This document shows, in pieces, positions 10,559 through 20,431 of a DNA stretch of 57,303 nucleotides; positions within the stretch are counted from its first letter, which is position 1, and every line of letters begins with the position of its first letter. The notes beneath the pieces were generated by a model. The model had not been told where the DNA came from. It made no database searches and worked only from the letters and a program-made list of their open reading frames with translations. This DNA comes from an uncultured Dehalococcoidia bacterium (GTDB taxonomy: Bacteria; Chloroflexota; Dehalococcoidia; UBA2247; RBG-13-53-26), in the NCBI GenBank assembly GCA_964617695.1, contig CAZTYW010000005.1:1-57303 (forward strand), written 5' to 3'. Made by a program: the position numbers and the translations under genes.

Positions 10559-11359
10559 GTGAATATCATCGTCTGTATCAAGCAGATACTTGACCCCGAA
10601 ATCCCCCCGGCCAAGTTCAGGATAGACGCCGGTGCCAGGAGGGTCATTCCGCCGGAGGGCATACCGCTGGTGGTCAGTCCTTTCGACGAGCAGGCAGTGG
10701 AAGTGGCCCTCAGGATCAAGGACCTGCAGGATGCGAAGATAACGGCGATAACCCTGGGATCCGAGTCGGCCAGAGACGCAGTGAAGCATGCGCTCTCAAT
10801 GGGGGCGGACGAGGGCGTGATCCTCAGTGACGGCGCCTTTGAGGGCTCTGACTCCTTTTCCACGGCCTACGTCCTGTCAAAGGCGGTAGAAAAGCTCGGT
10901 GCGTATGACCTGATTCTGTGCGGCAGGCAGGCCGCCGACTGGGATGCGGGTCAGGTTGGCTCCATTCTTGCCGAGGACCTGGGAATACCGGTGGTAACCC
11001 TGGCCAGCAAAGTCGAGGCTGCCGATGGCAAGCTGAGAATACAGCGGGTGACACCCGATGGCTACGAGGTGGTGGAGGCTCCGATGCCTTGCGTGGTCAC
11101 TGTGAGCAGCGAGGTGGGACGGCCCCGCCTCCCCTCAGGGCGCGGTATCGTGATGGCAGCCCGGAAGCAGGTCCCTGTATGGACTGCTCAGGACATCGGC
11201 TGCGATCCGTCTCTTGTCGGCGCTGGCGCGGCGCGAAGCGAGTTACTGGCCCTGTCTATCCCCTTGCAAGAAAGGCGTGGGGAGATCATCGGTGGCGACA
11301 CCGGTGCCGAAGCGGCAGGCAATCTGGCCTCCAGATTGAGAGAAAACAGAATCATATGA
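10559..11359 (+). CDS. fixA: Electron transfer flavoprotein beta subunit (FixA/EtfB)
   Basis: GTG start NIIVCIKQ; SPFDEQAVE and GRQAADWDAGQVG motifs. Confidence 0.92.
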   Translation: MNIIVCIKQILDPEIPPAKFRIDAGARRVIPPEGIPLVVSPFDEQAVEVALRIKDLQDAKITAITLGSESARDAVKHALSMGADEGVILSDGAFEGSDSFSTAYVLSKAVEKLGAYDLILCGRQAADWDAGQVGSILAEDLGIPVVTLASKVEAADGKLRIQRVTPDGYEVVEAPMPCVVTVSSEVGRPRLPSGRGIVMAARKQVPVWTAQDIGCDPSLVGAGAARSELLALSIPLQERRGEIIGGDTGAEAAGNLASRLRENRII

Positions 11360-11395
11360 CGAGCGACTGCCCGCTGTTGCGGGCAAACAGAGCCA

Positions 11396-12397
11396 ATGAG
11401 TGAGCCCGGGGGGATTCTGGTCCTGGCCGAACCTCAGGAGCAGGGGCTGACTGCCACCAGCAAAGAGCTACTGGGGGTAGGCAGGAGGCTGGCACAGGAG
11501 CTTGGCGACCAGTTGGTTACTCTTGTCATTGGCAGCGGATCGGAAGCTGCTGCGGGGGAGGCCATCACCTGGGGTGCAGACACGGCATATGTGGCGGACA
11601 GCGTGGAGCTTGCCCGTTTCAACAGTGACAGCTACACGGATGTGGTCGCCAGGCTGGGCCGGGAACTGGCGCCGTCCATATTCCTCATGGGCCACACCGG
11701 CATTGGTCGGGACATTGCGCCGAGGGTGGCGGCCAGGCTTGGTGCCTCCCTTTCTACCGACTGCGTCGGGCTTAGCATCGATCCCGAAAGTCGTAGGCTG
11801 GTGCAGACGCGTCCCGTCTATGGTGGGAATGCGGTGGCGACTTTGGTGTCGAAGGCGTATCCGCAGATGGCTACCGTGAGGCCCAGATCTATGTCACCCT
11901 GTGATCCAGACAGCTCCAGGAGAGGCGAAGTCATACAGGTCGACACGAGTGGCCTGGAATCACAGGTGCGGGTCACGGATGCGGCGAAGGGAGAGGCTCA
12001 AGGGGTCAGCCTTGAAGATGCTACGGTTGTTGTGGCCGGGGGGGCCGGCATCAGCGGGGCGGAGGACTTTGGGCTGGTTCGCGAGCTGGCCGCCGTGCTG
12101 GGTGGCGCCGTAGGCGCCACCAGGTTTCCCTGCGAGGAGGGCTGGGTGCCTTCCGGCTACCAGATTGGGCAGACCGGCAAGATTGTGGCTCCTGATCTGT
12201 ATGTGGCGGTCGCAGTTTCAGGTGCGCCGCAGCATATGGCCGGCTGTCTCGGGTCCAGGTGCATTGTTGCCATAAACAGCGACCCTGAAGCTCACATTTT
12301 CAACGTAGCGGACTTCGCTATTGTGGCAGATTACAGGGAGGCCCTGCCAACGCTGATAGAACGGTGCCGCGAGTTGAAAGGCGGGGGCCAACAGTAG
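11396..12397 (+). CDS. fixB: Electron transfer flavoprotein alpha subunit (FixB/EtfA)
   Basis: [27 protein letters not shown] and IVAINSD motifs. Confidence 0.92.
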   Translation: MSEPGGILVLAEPQEQGLTATSKELLGVGRRLAQELGDQLVTLVIGSGSEAAAGEAITWGADTAYVADSVELARFNSDSYTDVVARLGRELAPSIFLMGHTGIGRDIAPRVAARLGASLSTDCVGLSIDPESRRLVQTRPVYGGNAVATLVSKAYPQMATVRPRSMSPCDPDSSRRGEVIQVDTSGLESQVRVTDAAKGEAQGVSLEDATVVVAGGAGISGAEDFGLVRELAAVLGGAVGATRFPCEEGWVPSGYQIGQTGKIVAPDLYVAVAVSGAPQHMAGCLGSRCIVAINSDPEAHIFNVADFAIVADYREALPTLIERCRELKGGGQQ

Positions 12398-12498
12398 GTG
12401 CGTTGATGCAGGTGGCGCGCAAGTGCGGGGGTTGACAGTGGCGGGCAGTCACGGTTTGGGATGGGGAAGCCAAAGCACAGGTTCCGGGGGTAAGGCAT

Positions 12499-13623
12499 AT
12501 GGACTTTAACCTCACTGACGAACAGAAGATGTTCCAGAAGCTGGCCAGAGACTTCGCCGACAGGGAGATTGAGCCTGTCGCAGAGGAGATAGAACGGGAA
12601 GGCAAGATACCGGCCGACATGCTGGTGAAGATGGCCAGAGTGGGACTCCTGGGCATAACTGCACCGGAAGAGTACGGCGGACTGCAGGTTGGATACCTCA
12701 CCTTCATCCTGGCAATGGAGCAGTTACACTATCCCTGCACTCCGTGCACCTGGTTGCTGGTGGCCAACGAGCTGGCCGAATTGCTCGACCAGGTTGGTAC
12801 GGAGGAACAGAAGTCTGAGTTCCTGCCGCCGGCCATCGAGGGCAATGCATTGCCGGGTGGCGTGTTCACGGAGGCGGCTACCGGTTCATATCCTCAGATG
12901 TTGACCACTACCGCCCGGCTGGAGAAGGGCTGGTGGGTGATAAACGGCACCAAGCGTTTCCACACCTTCGGGCATGTCGATGGCCCGACCGTCATTTTTG
13001 CCAGGACAGACGAGGAGAAGACCAGCGCCATAATTGTGCCCAAGAATACGGAGGGGTATAGCTGCTCCAAGCCGTGGGGCTTGATGGGGCTCAAGGGGCT
13101 GGAGACCGTGGACACGTTTCTTCGCGACGTGCGCGTTCCGGAGGCCAATCTTCTGGGCGAGAGGGGCAGCGGCTTTGACATATTGCTGATGGTGACAGCG
13201 GGGGGACGGCTGCGGCAGGCCATCCTGTCCGTCGCCTGCGGTCAGCGGGCCCTGGATGAGGCAATCGCCTATGCCAGGGAGAGAACAACTTTGAGGGGTC
13301 CTATCTCGGACATGCAGGGACATCGCTGGCTCTTTGCCGAGATGGGGTCGAGGGTTGAAGCAGCCAGGTGGCTCACCTACCGTGCCTCGTTCCTCAGGGA
13401 GCAGGGGAAGGACGTGCGTACCGAGTCGGCAATGGCAAAGCTGTTTTCCGGGCAGGCTGGGGAATGGGTGACTTCGCAAGCACTGAAAATCCACGGTGCC
13501 TACGGCTACACGACCGAGTACAAGATAGAGAGAATTCACCGGGCGGCCCTGGCCCAGGAGCTGATTGAAGGAACCAATGAGATTCAGAGGTCCATAGTCG
13601 GGTCGGCGCTGGCAGAGGGCTAG
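12499..13623 (+). CDS. Acyl-CoA dehydrogenase
   Basis: MDFNLTDEQKM start; INGTKRF, QIHGAYGY-like and EGTNEIQR (catalytic Glu) motifs. Confidence 0.93.
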   Translation: MDFNLTDEQKMFQKLARDFADREIEPVAEEIEREGKIPADMLVKMARVGLLGITAPEEYGGLQVGYLTFILAMEQLHYPCTPCTWLLVANELAELLDQVGTEEQKSEFLPPAIEGNALPGGVFTEAATGSYPQMLTTTARLEKGWWVINGTKRFHTFGHVDGPTVIFARTDEEKTSAIIVPKNTEGYSCSKPWGLMGLKGLETVDTFLRDVRVPEANLLGERGSGFDILLMVTAGGRLRQAILSVACGQRALDEAIAYARERTTLRGPISDMQGHRWLFAEMGSRVEAARWLTYRASFLREQGKDVRTESAMAKLFSGQAGEWVTSQALKIHGAYGYTTEYKIERIHRAALAQELIEGTNEIQRSIVGSALAEG

Positions 13624-14285
13624 CCTGGCGGAATCTGCTCCATCGGGCCCCATCTTTCGAGGTAGCTCTGCTTGAGTTGCTGGAACCTTGTCTGATAAGG
13701 GTCAGAGACGATGTTCTCAGTGCTCATCACGATTGCATCCTCTCCGTCGTCAGAGTAGTAGCGCCGACGATACCCAGTCGTGGTAAAGCCGTATTTGTCG
13801 TAGAGGGCCCGTGCTGGCAGGTTCGACACGCGTGTCTCCAGAGTGACCACCTGGGCCTTGAGCTGGATTGCCAGGTCTATCATGGAGATGAGCAAAAGCT
13901 CGGCTATTCCTCGGCGGCGGCATGCCTGGTCCACTGCAATCGAGGTCAGATGGGCTTCGTCTACCATCAGCCACATGGCAGCGTAGCCAACGATATTGTC
14001 TGTGTTCTGCGCCACGTGTACGCTGGCTGGAGAGTGGCCTCCGCCGAACAGTCGCACCATTGTGTATTTCAGCAGATTCAGACCACCCCTGGCCTGTTGC
14101 TCAACCGGTACGGTGCTGCAGTGATGCTCTTCGGCGCGTTCTGCGGCAACCAGGTATCGGACGAGCTTGCTATTGAGGTCTCTCTTGAAAGGCGGGGGAG
14201 GCCACTGTGTCGGGAAGGCCTGCCTATCGATGGCATTGACCTGAGGGATATCGTCTGTCTGCATTGGACGAACTGCGTAACGCAT
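13620..14285 (-). CDS. rimI: Ribosomal-protein alanine N-acetyltransferase
   Basis: EAHLTSIAV...RRRGIAE, TLETRVSN and YRRRYYSD..EDA motifs. Confidence 0.88.
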   Translation of the reverse strand: MRYAVRPMQTDDIPQVNAIDRQAFPTQWPPPPFKRDLNSKLVRYLVAAERAEEHHCSTVPVEQQARGGLNLLKYTMVRLFGGGHSPASVHVAQNTDNIVGYAAMWLMVDEAHLTSIAVDQACRRRGIAELLLISMIDLAIQLKAQVVTLETRVSNLPARALYDKYGFTTTGYRRRYYSDDGEDAIVMSTENIVSDPYQTRFQQLKQSYLERWGPMEQIPPG

Positions 14286-14420
14286 TCGTGGGCCACTCTG
14301 CGGTGGAATCTAATTCTATCATACATAACGGGCGCGGAGTCAGCACCTATGCCATCGAAAAAGTGAGCCCGGTCTGGGCTGTTCCCACGCCTCCCCGCCC
14401 GAACAAGTCTCTGGCCGCTG

Positions 14421-15422
14421 CTAGCCCACGGTGAGCACCGCGGCCCCCTGAATCTTGCCTCGCTTTAGCAGGGCCAGGGCCTCATTTGCCTGTTCGAGTC
14501 GGAGCTCCTGGACTTCAGGGATGATTGGGATCTCGGCGGCCAGGGGAAGGAAGTCCTGGGCATCCTTCCTGGTAATGTTGGCCACGCTCTTGACCTCCTT
14601 CTCATCCCACAGCATCCGAGCGTAGTCAAGGGGCGGAACAGGGCTACTCTTACGTATCACTGCCACCACCAGCCTACCCCCTTTTTCCAGGACACGCAAT
14701 GCGGCAGGCACCGTTTCACCGACAGGTGTGAAGTCTATGGCGCAGTCGACCCGCCGCGGAGGATCGTCTTCCGCTCGGCCTGTCCAGGCTGCTCCCAGCC
14801 TCCTGGCGAGGCTGCGATGTTCCTCGCTTCGGGTGAAGACGAAGACCTCGCAGCCCCAGTATCTGGCGACCTGGATAACGATGTGGGCGGAAGCCCCAAA
14901 ACCGAAGAGCCCCAGAGTTCTGCCCGGCTTGATGCCCGAGACTCTCAAGGCCCTGAACCCAATTGCTCCGGCGCACAAAAGCGGAGCTGCCTGAGAATCG
15001 GCAAATCTGTCCGGAATCGTATAGGCAAAATCCTCGGATATGGCAACGTATTCGGCATACCCGCCGTCGGCGTTGCAGCCGGTGCCCTGGAAGTCCGGAC
15101 ACAGGTTCTCATTGCCGGCCACGCAGAAGTTGCACTTGCCGCAGGCCGAGTAGATCCAGGCGACGCCCACCCGGTCCCCTGGTCTGAACCTGGTTGCGTC
15201 TTTGCCCAGGCTGTCAACCCTTCCAACGATTTCGTGCCCCAGGATTATCGGCAGTCTCGGCTGGACTCTACCTTCGATCTCGTCCAGTTCCGTATGACAT
15301 ACGCCGCAAGCGGATACCCTCACCAGGAGCTGTTTTGTTCTCGGCTGAGGGACCGGCACGTCTACCAGTTGCAAAGGCCGGCTTTCAACCGGGGAGATAC
15401 CTTTCAGAATCTGAGCCTTCAT
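14421..15422 (-). CDS. Zinc-dependent alcohol dehydrogenase (MDR family)
   Basis: CGVCHT, GHEIVG, CGKCNFC...C structural Zn site, LLCAG and GFGASA motifs. Confidence 0.92.
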   Translation of the reverse strand: MKAQILKGISPVESRPLQLVDVPVPQPRTKQLLVRVSACGVCHTELDEIEGRVQPRLPIILGHEIVGRVDSLGKDATRFRPGDRVGVAWIYSACGKCNFCVAGNENLCPDFQGTGCNADGGYAEYVAISEDFAYTIPDRFADSQAAPLLCAGAIGFRALRVSGIKPGRTLGLFGFGASAHIVIQVARYWGCEVFVFTRSEEHRSLARRLGAAWTGRAEDDPPRRVDCAIDFTPVGETVPAALRVLEKGGRLVVAVIRKSSPVPPLDYARMLWDEKEVKSVANITRKDAQDFLPLAAEIPIIPEVQELRLEQANEALALLKRGKIQGAAVLTVG

Positions 15423-15453
15423 GCCGCCTCGTGATATGTTCGCCATGATGAGA

Positions 15454-16002
15454 TCAATGTCCTGTCCGCTTGGAGATATTGATTGGGTTTTCTTCGTCGT
15501 CTGCCCACCGCATTGGATTCTCGGCTATGTACAACCGGATGTTACTCAGAGATGCTTCGTCTCGGATGACGTGTTCATAGTAGTTGCGTTGCCAGACGGG
15601 AGTGCTAGGCGTGTCTCGCAGTTGGTTGATTCGTTTCGCTGTGTTCATCTTGGCATAGCCGACGATTTTGGGAAGCAGCATCCTCCGACGTTGGATTCGG
15701 TGACCTTGTAGGGGCAATTCATGAATTGCCCCTACGGGCAACAAAACGATGGCGTGCAAATGATTGGGCATAACAACGAAGGCATCTAATTCCATGTCGG
15801 GATAACGTAATGGCAGGTCTTGCCAACAAGCCTGGACAATCTCGCCAAAGGGATTCAATTGCATCGAACCGTTGCCAATTTCCCAAAACAGGTTCCTCCG
15901 GTCTTTGGTGCAAAGGGTGACAAGATATGCTCCGGCCTGGGAGTAATCGTATTCCTGAAGGCGGATTGAGCGGCGGCGATGTCTTTCTGGATCAAAAGCC
16001 AT
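15454..16002 (-). mobile_element. REP-associated tyrosine transposase (RAYT, IS200-like Y1 HUH)
   Basis: RRSIRL..YDYSQAGAYLVTLCT N-terminus, HUH motif VMPNHLH and WQRNYYEHVIR (catalytic Tyr). Confidence 0.92.
15708..15735. repeat. GTAG-type REP palindrome inside the RAYT coding sequence
   Basis: Perfect 28 bp palindrome GTAGGGGCAATTCATGAATTGCCCCTAC. Confidence 0.9.
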
Positions 16003-16076
16003 TCTTTGCCTCACTTGTTCGCCGTGGGGCTACGACTGAACATTTCGTCAGATTGTCGAGGGAGCAACCGAGCCAG

Positions 16077-16754
16077 TCAAAGTCCCTTTCCCAATCGCTT
16101 GGATGCATAAGAAAACAGTGCTGTCTCTACATCGGCGGCAATCCAGATTCCCTTCTCACGGAGACCGATAGCAATGTATTCGTCTGGATGAGGACATTTG
16201 TGCCCACTGGCATTACATAGGCTGGCGATATGATGAAGGATTTCTATCCAGGTGTCATATTGGCTAGGCCATGAAGCTTGGCTTTCAGGAATGCGCCACC
16301 TATAGCCGTACTTCTTGACCCCAAGCGACAGCCACCTGAGCTCTTCAATGTCGGGGTCTGCTCTGCCAAGGACTCTCACCAAACGGGTATCAATGGCTCC
16401 GTACAGTTGCGGTCGGCTGAACATCAGTATTTTGCTGAGATAGGTAGGCCCCATTCCTTTGATGGTCTCTCTTAATGGTGTAAGAGGAGCGGAAGGGGGA
16501 GTCCTGAAGAATTCGGCCAGGTCATCAGCACTGTAGAGCGATATTCTTACCCGTTCAGGACACTGAACCTTTTTCTTATTTGGCAAACGTCCCCATTTTG
16601 CTACTTTCATAATGTCGGTTTCCGTCACATATCCTTGTTTTGCGTGCGTCGTCAAGTCTACTTCAAGCTGTCGCATGTCAGGGAAGCCGTTCTCCCACGT
16701 ATCCCGACCCCATTTATACTCCCTGTACAAGGAGCCTAAATCTTGGTCGGCCAA
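16077..16754 (-). CDS. Hypothetical protein with helix-hairpin-helix / OGG-like glycosylase features
   Basis: IKGMGPTYLSKILMF (HhH-like), YGAIDTR and C-terminal ADVETALF. Visibly AT-richer than flanking genes; TTG start. Confidence 0.6.
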   Translation of the reverse strand: MADQDLGSLYREYKWGRDTWENGFPDMRQLEVDLTTHAKQGYVTETDIMKVAKWGRLPNKKKVQCPERVRISLYSADDLAEFFRTPPSAPLTPLRETIKGMGPTYLSKILMFSRPQLYGAIDTRLVRVLGRADPDIEELRWLSLGVKKYGYRWRIPESQASWPSQYDTWIEILHHIASLCNASGHKCPHPDEYIAIGLREKGIWIAADVETALFSYASKRLGKGL

Positions 16755-17063
16755 AAAGCCTTCGATGCGTCTCTGAAGCTGGATAGGTAAAGGCGTGTCC
16801 CGATGTCCTCTCTGCCGAATTCTAAGTGCAAGCCGAGGGACGAGTCAAGCCTTCTGTCTGAAGATGGGATGAAGGGAAAAATGATTTGAACAGAAAGCCA
16901 AATTGTTCAGTCGCCTCTTCAAGACAAGGTCTTTCGGAGCACCTGGATTTCAAGCTGTCGTGCTGGTCCCTTGCTGACCGGCTTCACAATCCATCATGCT
17001 GATTCACACCAGCACCACCCAGGATGAAAATGGTCTATTTTCATGACATTAACACTAGGTGAA

Positions 17064-17096
17064 CTAGGGGCGACCAGGTCAGGTCGCGGACCTGAC
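17064..17096. repeat. Composite REP-like palindrome
   Basis: CTAGGGGCGACC..GGTCGC hairpin overlapping a perfect 8 bp inverted repeat GTCAGGTC-gcg-GACCTGAC (17078-17096). Confidence 0.55.
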
Positions 17097-17138
17097 ACCC
17101 ACGGAAGGGATTCTCTCTGGCCTTGTGCTAGTCTGGTC

Positions 17139-17278
17139 TGTCATTCTGAGCGAAGCGAAGAATCTGGTACCGCTCAGGACAGGCTCCGCGAAGAATCCCA
17201 GAACCCCCGCTCCCTCAGAGTCGCCCGACGATCTGGGCCTTTAGATTCTTCCTCGCCTACGGCGATCTCAGAATGACA
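17139..17278. repeat. Palindromic miniature repeat element (TGTCATTCTGAGCGAAGCGAAGAATCT type)
   Basis: Terminal inverted repeats TGTCATTCTGAG (17139-17150) / CTCAGAATGACA (17267-17278), plus inner AAGAATCT / AGATTCTT. Confidence 0.8.
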
Positions 17279-17412
17279 TGGGCGTCATGATGACATCTGC
17301 GCCGGAACGGCAGGTGGGATTGTCGAAATGACCCCGCCCCTAGGTATTTGCAGCAGCAGTCACAAAGTGCTTACAATTACAGGGCGATATCGTTGTTGAG
17401 AGGTGGCTGTCT

Positions 17413-18336
17413 GTGAATCTCGCCGTTGACCTGGCTCCGACTCATCGGGTTGGCCTGCGCCTGAAGAACCCGGTTATGAATGCCTCCGGTACCTTCGGCT
17501 ATGGCACAGAGTACTCCGAGCTGGTTGACGTTCAGAGATTGGGCGCGGTTGTCTCCAAGGCAACCACGCTTGAGCCCAGGGAGGGGAATCCCCAACCTCG
17601 GTTGAGGGAGACGCCAGCCGGTCTGCTGAACTCCATAGGTCTGCAGAACATAGGCGTGGAGGCTGTGATCCGGGAAAAGGCGCCTGTTTGGGCGTCCTGG
17701 CAGGTGCCGGTGATCGTCAACATAGCCGGCGAGCGCGTTGAGGACTATGCCAGCCTGGCTTCCGAATTGGACGGCGTAGCCGGAGTCAGCGGGCTTGAGG
17801 TGAACATAAGTTGTCCCAACGTGGAAGCTGGCGGGATGGCGTTTGGCACCGATCCGCAGGCGGCTGCGGTGGTGACCAGGGCAGTGGTGTCGGCTACGTC
17901 ATTGCCAGTCACCGTCAAGCTCACTCCCAACGTCAAGGATATAGTTGAGATCGCCTTGGCGGTAAGCGAGGCTGGCGCTCACGCCGTCTGCCTGGTGAAT
18001 ACACTCAGAGGGATGTCCATCGATATCGCCGGCCGCAAGCCTGCGCTGGGCAATGTATGGGGCGGCCTGTCCGGCCCGGCAATAAGGCCGGTGGCTGTGT
18101 ACATGGTATTTCAGGTGGCCCGGGAGGTCAAGATACCCATCGTCGGTTGTGGCGGCATCACCTCTGCCGAAGATGCCCTGGAGTTCATAATGGCCGGGGC
18201 GTGTGCCGTTCAGGTCGGCACGTACCAGTTCGTGAGCCCGAAGGCTCTGGCGGATGTGCTGGACGGCATAGCTCAGTTTATGCAGAGAGAAGGAGTGGCG
18301 GAACTCTCTGAGCTTGTTGGCGCAGCACAGCGCTGA
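17413..18336 (+). CDS. pyrD: Dihydroorotate dehydrogenase, family 1B catalytic subunit
   Basis: NASGTFG, NSIGLQN, NISCPNV (catalytic Cys), VKLTPN and GGLSGPAIRP motifs. Confidence 0.95.
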   Translation: MNLAVDLAPTHRVGLRLKNPVMNASGTFGYGTEYSELVDVQRLGAVVSKATTLEPREGNPQPRLRETPAGLLNSIGLQNIGVEAVIREKAPVWASWQVPVIVNIAGERVEDYASLASELDGVAGVSGLEVNISCPNVEAGGMAFGTDPQAAAVVTRAVVSATSLPVTVKLTPNVKDIVEIALAVSEAGAHAVCLVNTLRGMSIDIAGRKPALGNVWGGLSGPAIRPVAVYMVFQVAREVKIPIVGCGGITSAEDALEFIMAGACAVQVGTYQFVSPKALADVLDGIAQFMQREGVAELSELVGAAQR

Positions 18337-18392
18337 CCCTCGGTCGGTTTTGGAGCCAGACAGCAACTTGATATAATCTAGCTGGAAGAACG

Positions 18393-19481
18393 ATGAACAA
18401 GAGCATGCTGGACAAGCTCGAGACTGCGGAACAGCGCTATGAGGAGCTGAACCGACTGATGGCGTCTGGTACCGAGGAGTGGCAGAGCCTGGGTCAGGAG
18501 CAGGCCTCTATCGAGCCGCTGGTCTCGAAATTCAGGCAGTACAAGGATACGTTGAAGGAACTGGAGGAAACAGAGCAGCTTCTGGGGGATAGCCTGGAAC
18601 CGGAGATGCTGGCTCTGGCCAGGCAGGAGTTGGAGACGTTAAAGAAGCGCCGCGATAGCCTCGAGCAAGACCTGCGGGTTTCTCTTCTGCCCGCGGATCC
18701 CAGCGGTAGCAAAGACGCCATTGTCGAGATACGGGCCGGCACCGGTGGGGAGGAGGCGGCGCTTTTTGCCGCTGACCTGTTCCGAATGTATATGCGATAT
18801 GCTCAGTTGAAAGGCTGGAAAGCAGAGATAATTGACAGCAGTCAGAGTGACCGGGGCGGTTTCAAGGAGATCATCTTCGAGGTGTCTGGCAAGAATGCCT
18901 TTGGAAGGCTGAAGCATGAACGCGGTGTCCACCGTGTGCAGCGCGTGCCTGTCACTGAGGCGGGAGGACGGATTCATACCTCTACAGCTACGGTGGCCGT
19001 TCTGCCGGAGGCAGAGGAGGTAGAGGTAGACATAAGGCCCGATGACTTGAGGATTGACATTTTTCACAGCGGCGGCCCCGGCGGACAGAATGTCAACAAG
19101 GTGGCTACTGCGGTTAGAATCTCCCACCTGCCGACCGGGATGGTGGTAGTCTGCCAGGATGACAGGTCGCAACTCAGGAATCGTAACAAGGCAATGGCAG
19201 TGCTCCGTGCCCGCCTTTTCGATATTGAGCAGCGGAAGCAGCAAGAGGAGATCAGTAGGGAGCGGCGCTCACAGGTCGGCGGTGCCGAGCGGGCGGAGAA
19301 GATCAGGACCTACAATTTCCCTCAGAATCGGATTACTGATCATCGTATCGGTCTGACTCTCCACAATCTCCCGGCTGTGCTCGAGGGAGAGCTTGATGAG
19401 ATTATCGATGCTCTGGCTTCCGACGAGAGGGCGAGACGGTGGGAGGAAGCGTTCGGGGAGTCTCAAGGCGACGATACTTAG
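18393..19481 (+). CDS. prfA: Peptide chain release factor 1
   Basis: GGQ motif (SGGPGGQNVNK), PVT anticodon-mimic motif and KIRTYNFPQNR. Confidence 0.97.
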   Translation: MNKSMLDKLETAEQRYEELNRLMASGTEEWQSLGQEQASIEPLVSKFRQYKDTLKELEETEQLLGDSLEPEMLALARQELETLKKRRDSLEQDLRVSLLPADPSGSKDAIVEIRAGTGGEEAALFAADLFRMYMRYAQLKGWKAEIIDSSQSDRGGFKEIIFEVSGKNAFGRLKHERGVHRVQRVPVTEAGGRIHTSTATVAVLPEAEEVEVDIRPDDLRIDIFHSGGPGGQNVNKVATAVRISHLPTGMVVVCQDDRSQLRNRNKAMAVLRARLFDIEQRKQQEEISRERRSQVGGAERAEKIRTYNFPQNRITDHRIGLTLHNLPAVLEGELDEIIDALASDERARRWEEAFGESQGDDT

Positions 19482-19561
19482 GATTGCGGCTGATCTCATA
19501 GCCAGTTGTGTGGACGGGCAGGTCTGATGACCTGTCCCTGAGTTATTGATACCCTATTGGA

Positions 19562-20431
19562 GTGAATTGTCCGGTGACTCTAAGAGAAGCCCTTCGCAGA
19601 GCCGAGACTGAGATGGCCGGCCACGATATTCCCGATGCGGGCATCGAGGCCGAGTTGCTGATGATGCACTGTCTTGGAGTCGAGAAGGCTGAGCTGTACG
19701 GTGGTCTGCATCGGCCGTTGCCCTCCGCGGAGGCTGAGAGGTTCTGGGGTCTGGTGCAGCGGCGCCTGCGACACGAGCCCTCGGCGTACATACTGAAAGA
19801 GTGGCAGTTCTACGGAGTCGACCTGTTCGTTGATTCTCGGGTGCTCATACCGCGGCCGGAGAGTGAGCTTCTGGTAGATGCCGCGCTGGAGTACGTCAGT
19901 CGGCGGTTTGGGCGGGATGCGCCCTGTTCGATTGTTGATGTCGGCACTGGAAGCGGCGCCATGGCGATTGCTCTGGCCCTGCATCTGCCTCAGGCCAGGA
20001 TATTTGCCACCGACGTTTCGGCGCCGGCCCTGGAGGTTGCTCGAATAAACTGCGAGAGACACGGAGTCGGGGCACGGGTCTGTCTTCTGCACGGTGACAT
20101 GCTCCAGCCTGTTCCCGGGCCTGTGGATGTGGTGGTGGCCAATCTGCCTTATGTGACGGACTGCGAACTGACACAGCTTATGCCGGAAATAAGGGACTTT
20201 GAGCCCTTGACCGCTTTGTCCGGTGGTGCTGACGGACTGGACAAGGTGCGCCGGTTGCTGCCTGAGGTCGGCGGTAAGCTGGTGTCAGGGGGCCTGGCGT
20301 TGCTGGAGGTTGGTCAGGGGCAGGGGGTGGAGGTGGCAGGGTTTGCCCGGGGTCAGTTTCCCGACTGTCGGGTTGACGTCATACCCGACCTGGCAGGGAT
20401 CGATCGTGTAGTGAGAATACAACTGTTGTAG
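19562..20431 (+). CDS. prmC: Release factor glutamine methyltransferase
   Basis: VLIPRPESE, DVGTGSG and NLPY motifs; directly follows prfA. Confidence 0.95.
   Translation: MNCPVTLREALRRAETEMAGHDIPDAGIEAELLMMHCLGVEKAELYGGLHRPLPSAEAERFWGLVQRRLRHEPSAYILKEWQFYGVDLFVDSRVLIPRPESELLVDAALEYVSRRFGRDAPCSIVDVGTGSGAMAIALALHLPQARIFATDVSAPALEVARINCERHGVGARVCLLHGDMLQPVPGPVDVVVANLPYVTDCELTQLMPEIRDFEPLTALSGGADGLDKVRRLLPEVGGKLVSGGLALLEVGQGQGVEVAGFARGQFPDCRVDVIPDLAGIDRVVRIQLL

Noticed and set aside
17413-18336. pyrD (family 1B) without adjacent pyrK
   Set aside because: pyrK is often encoded elsewhere; nothing in the sequence shows that it was lost.
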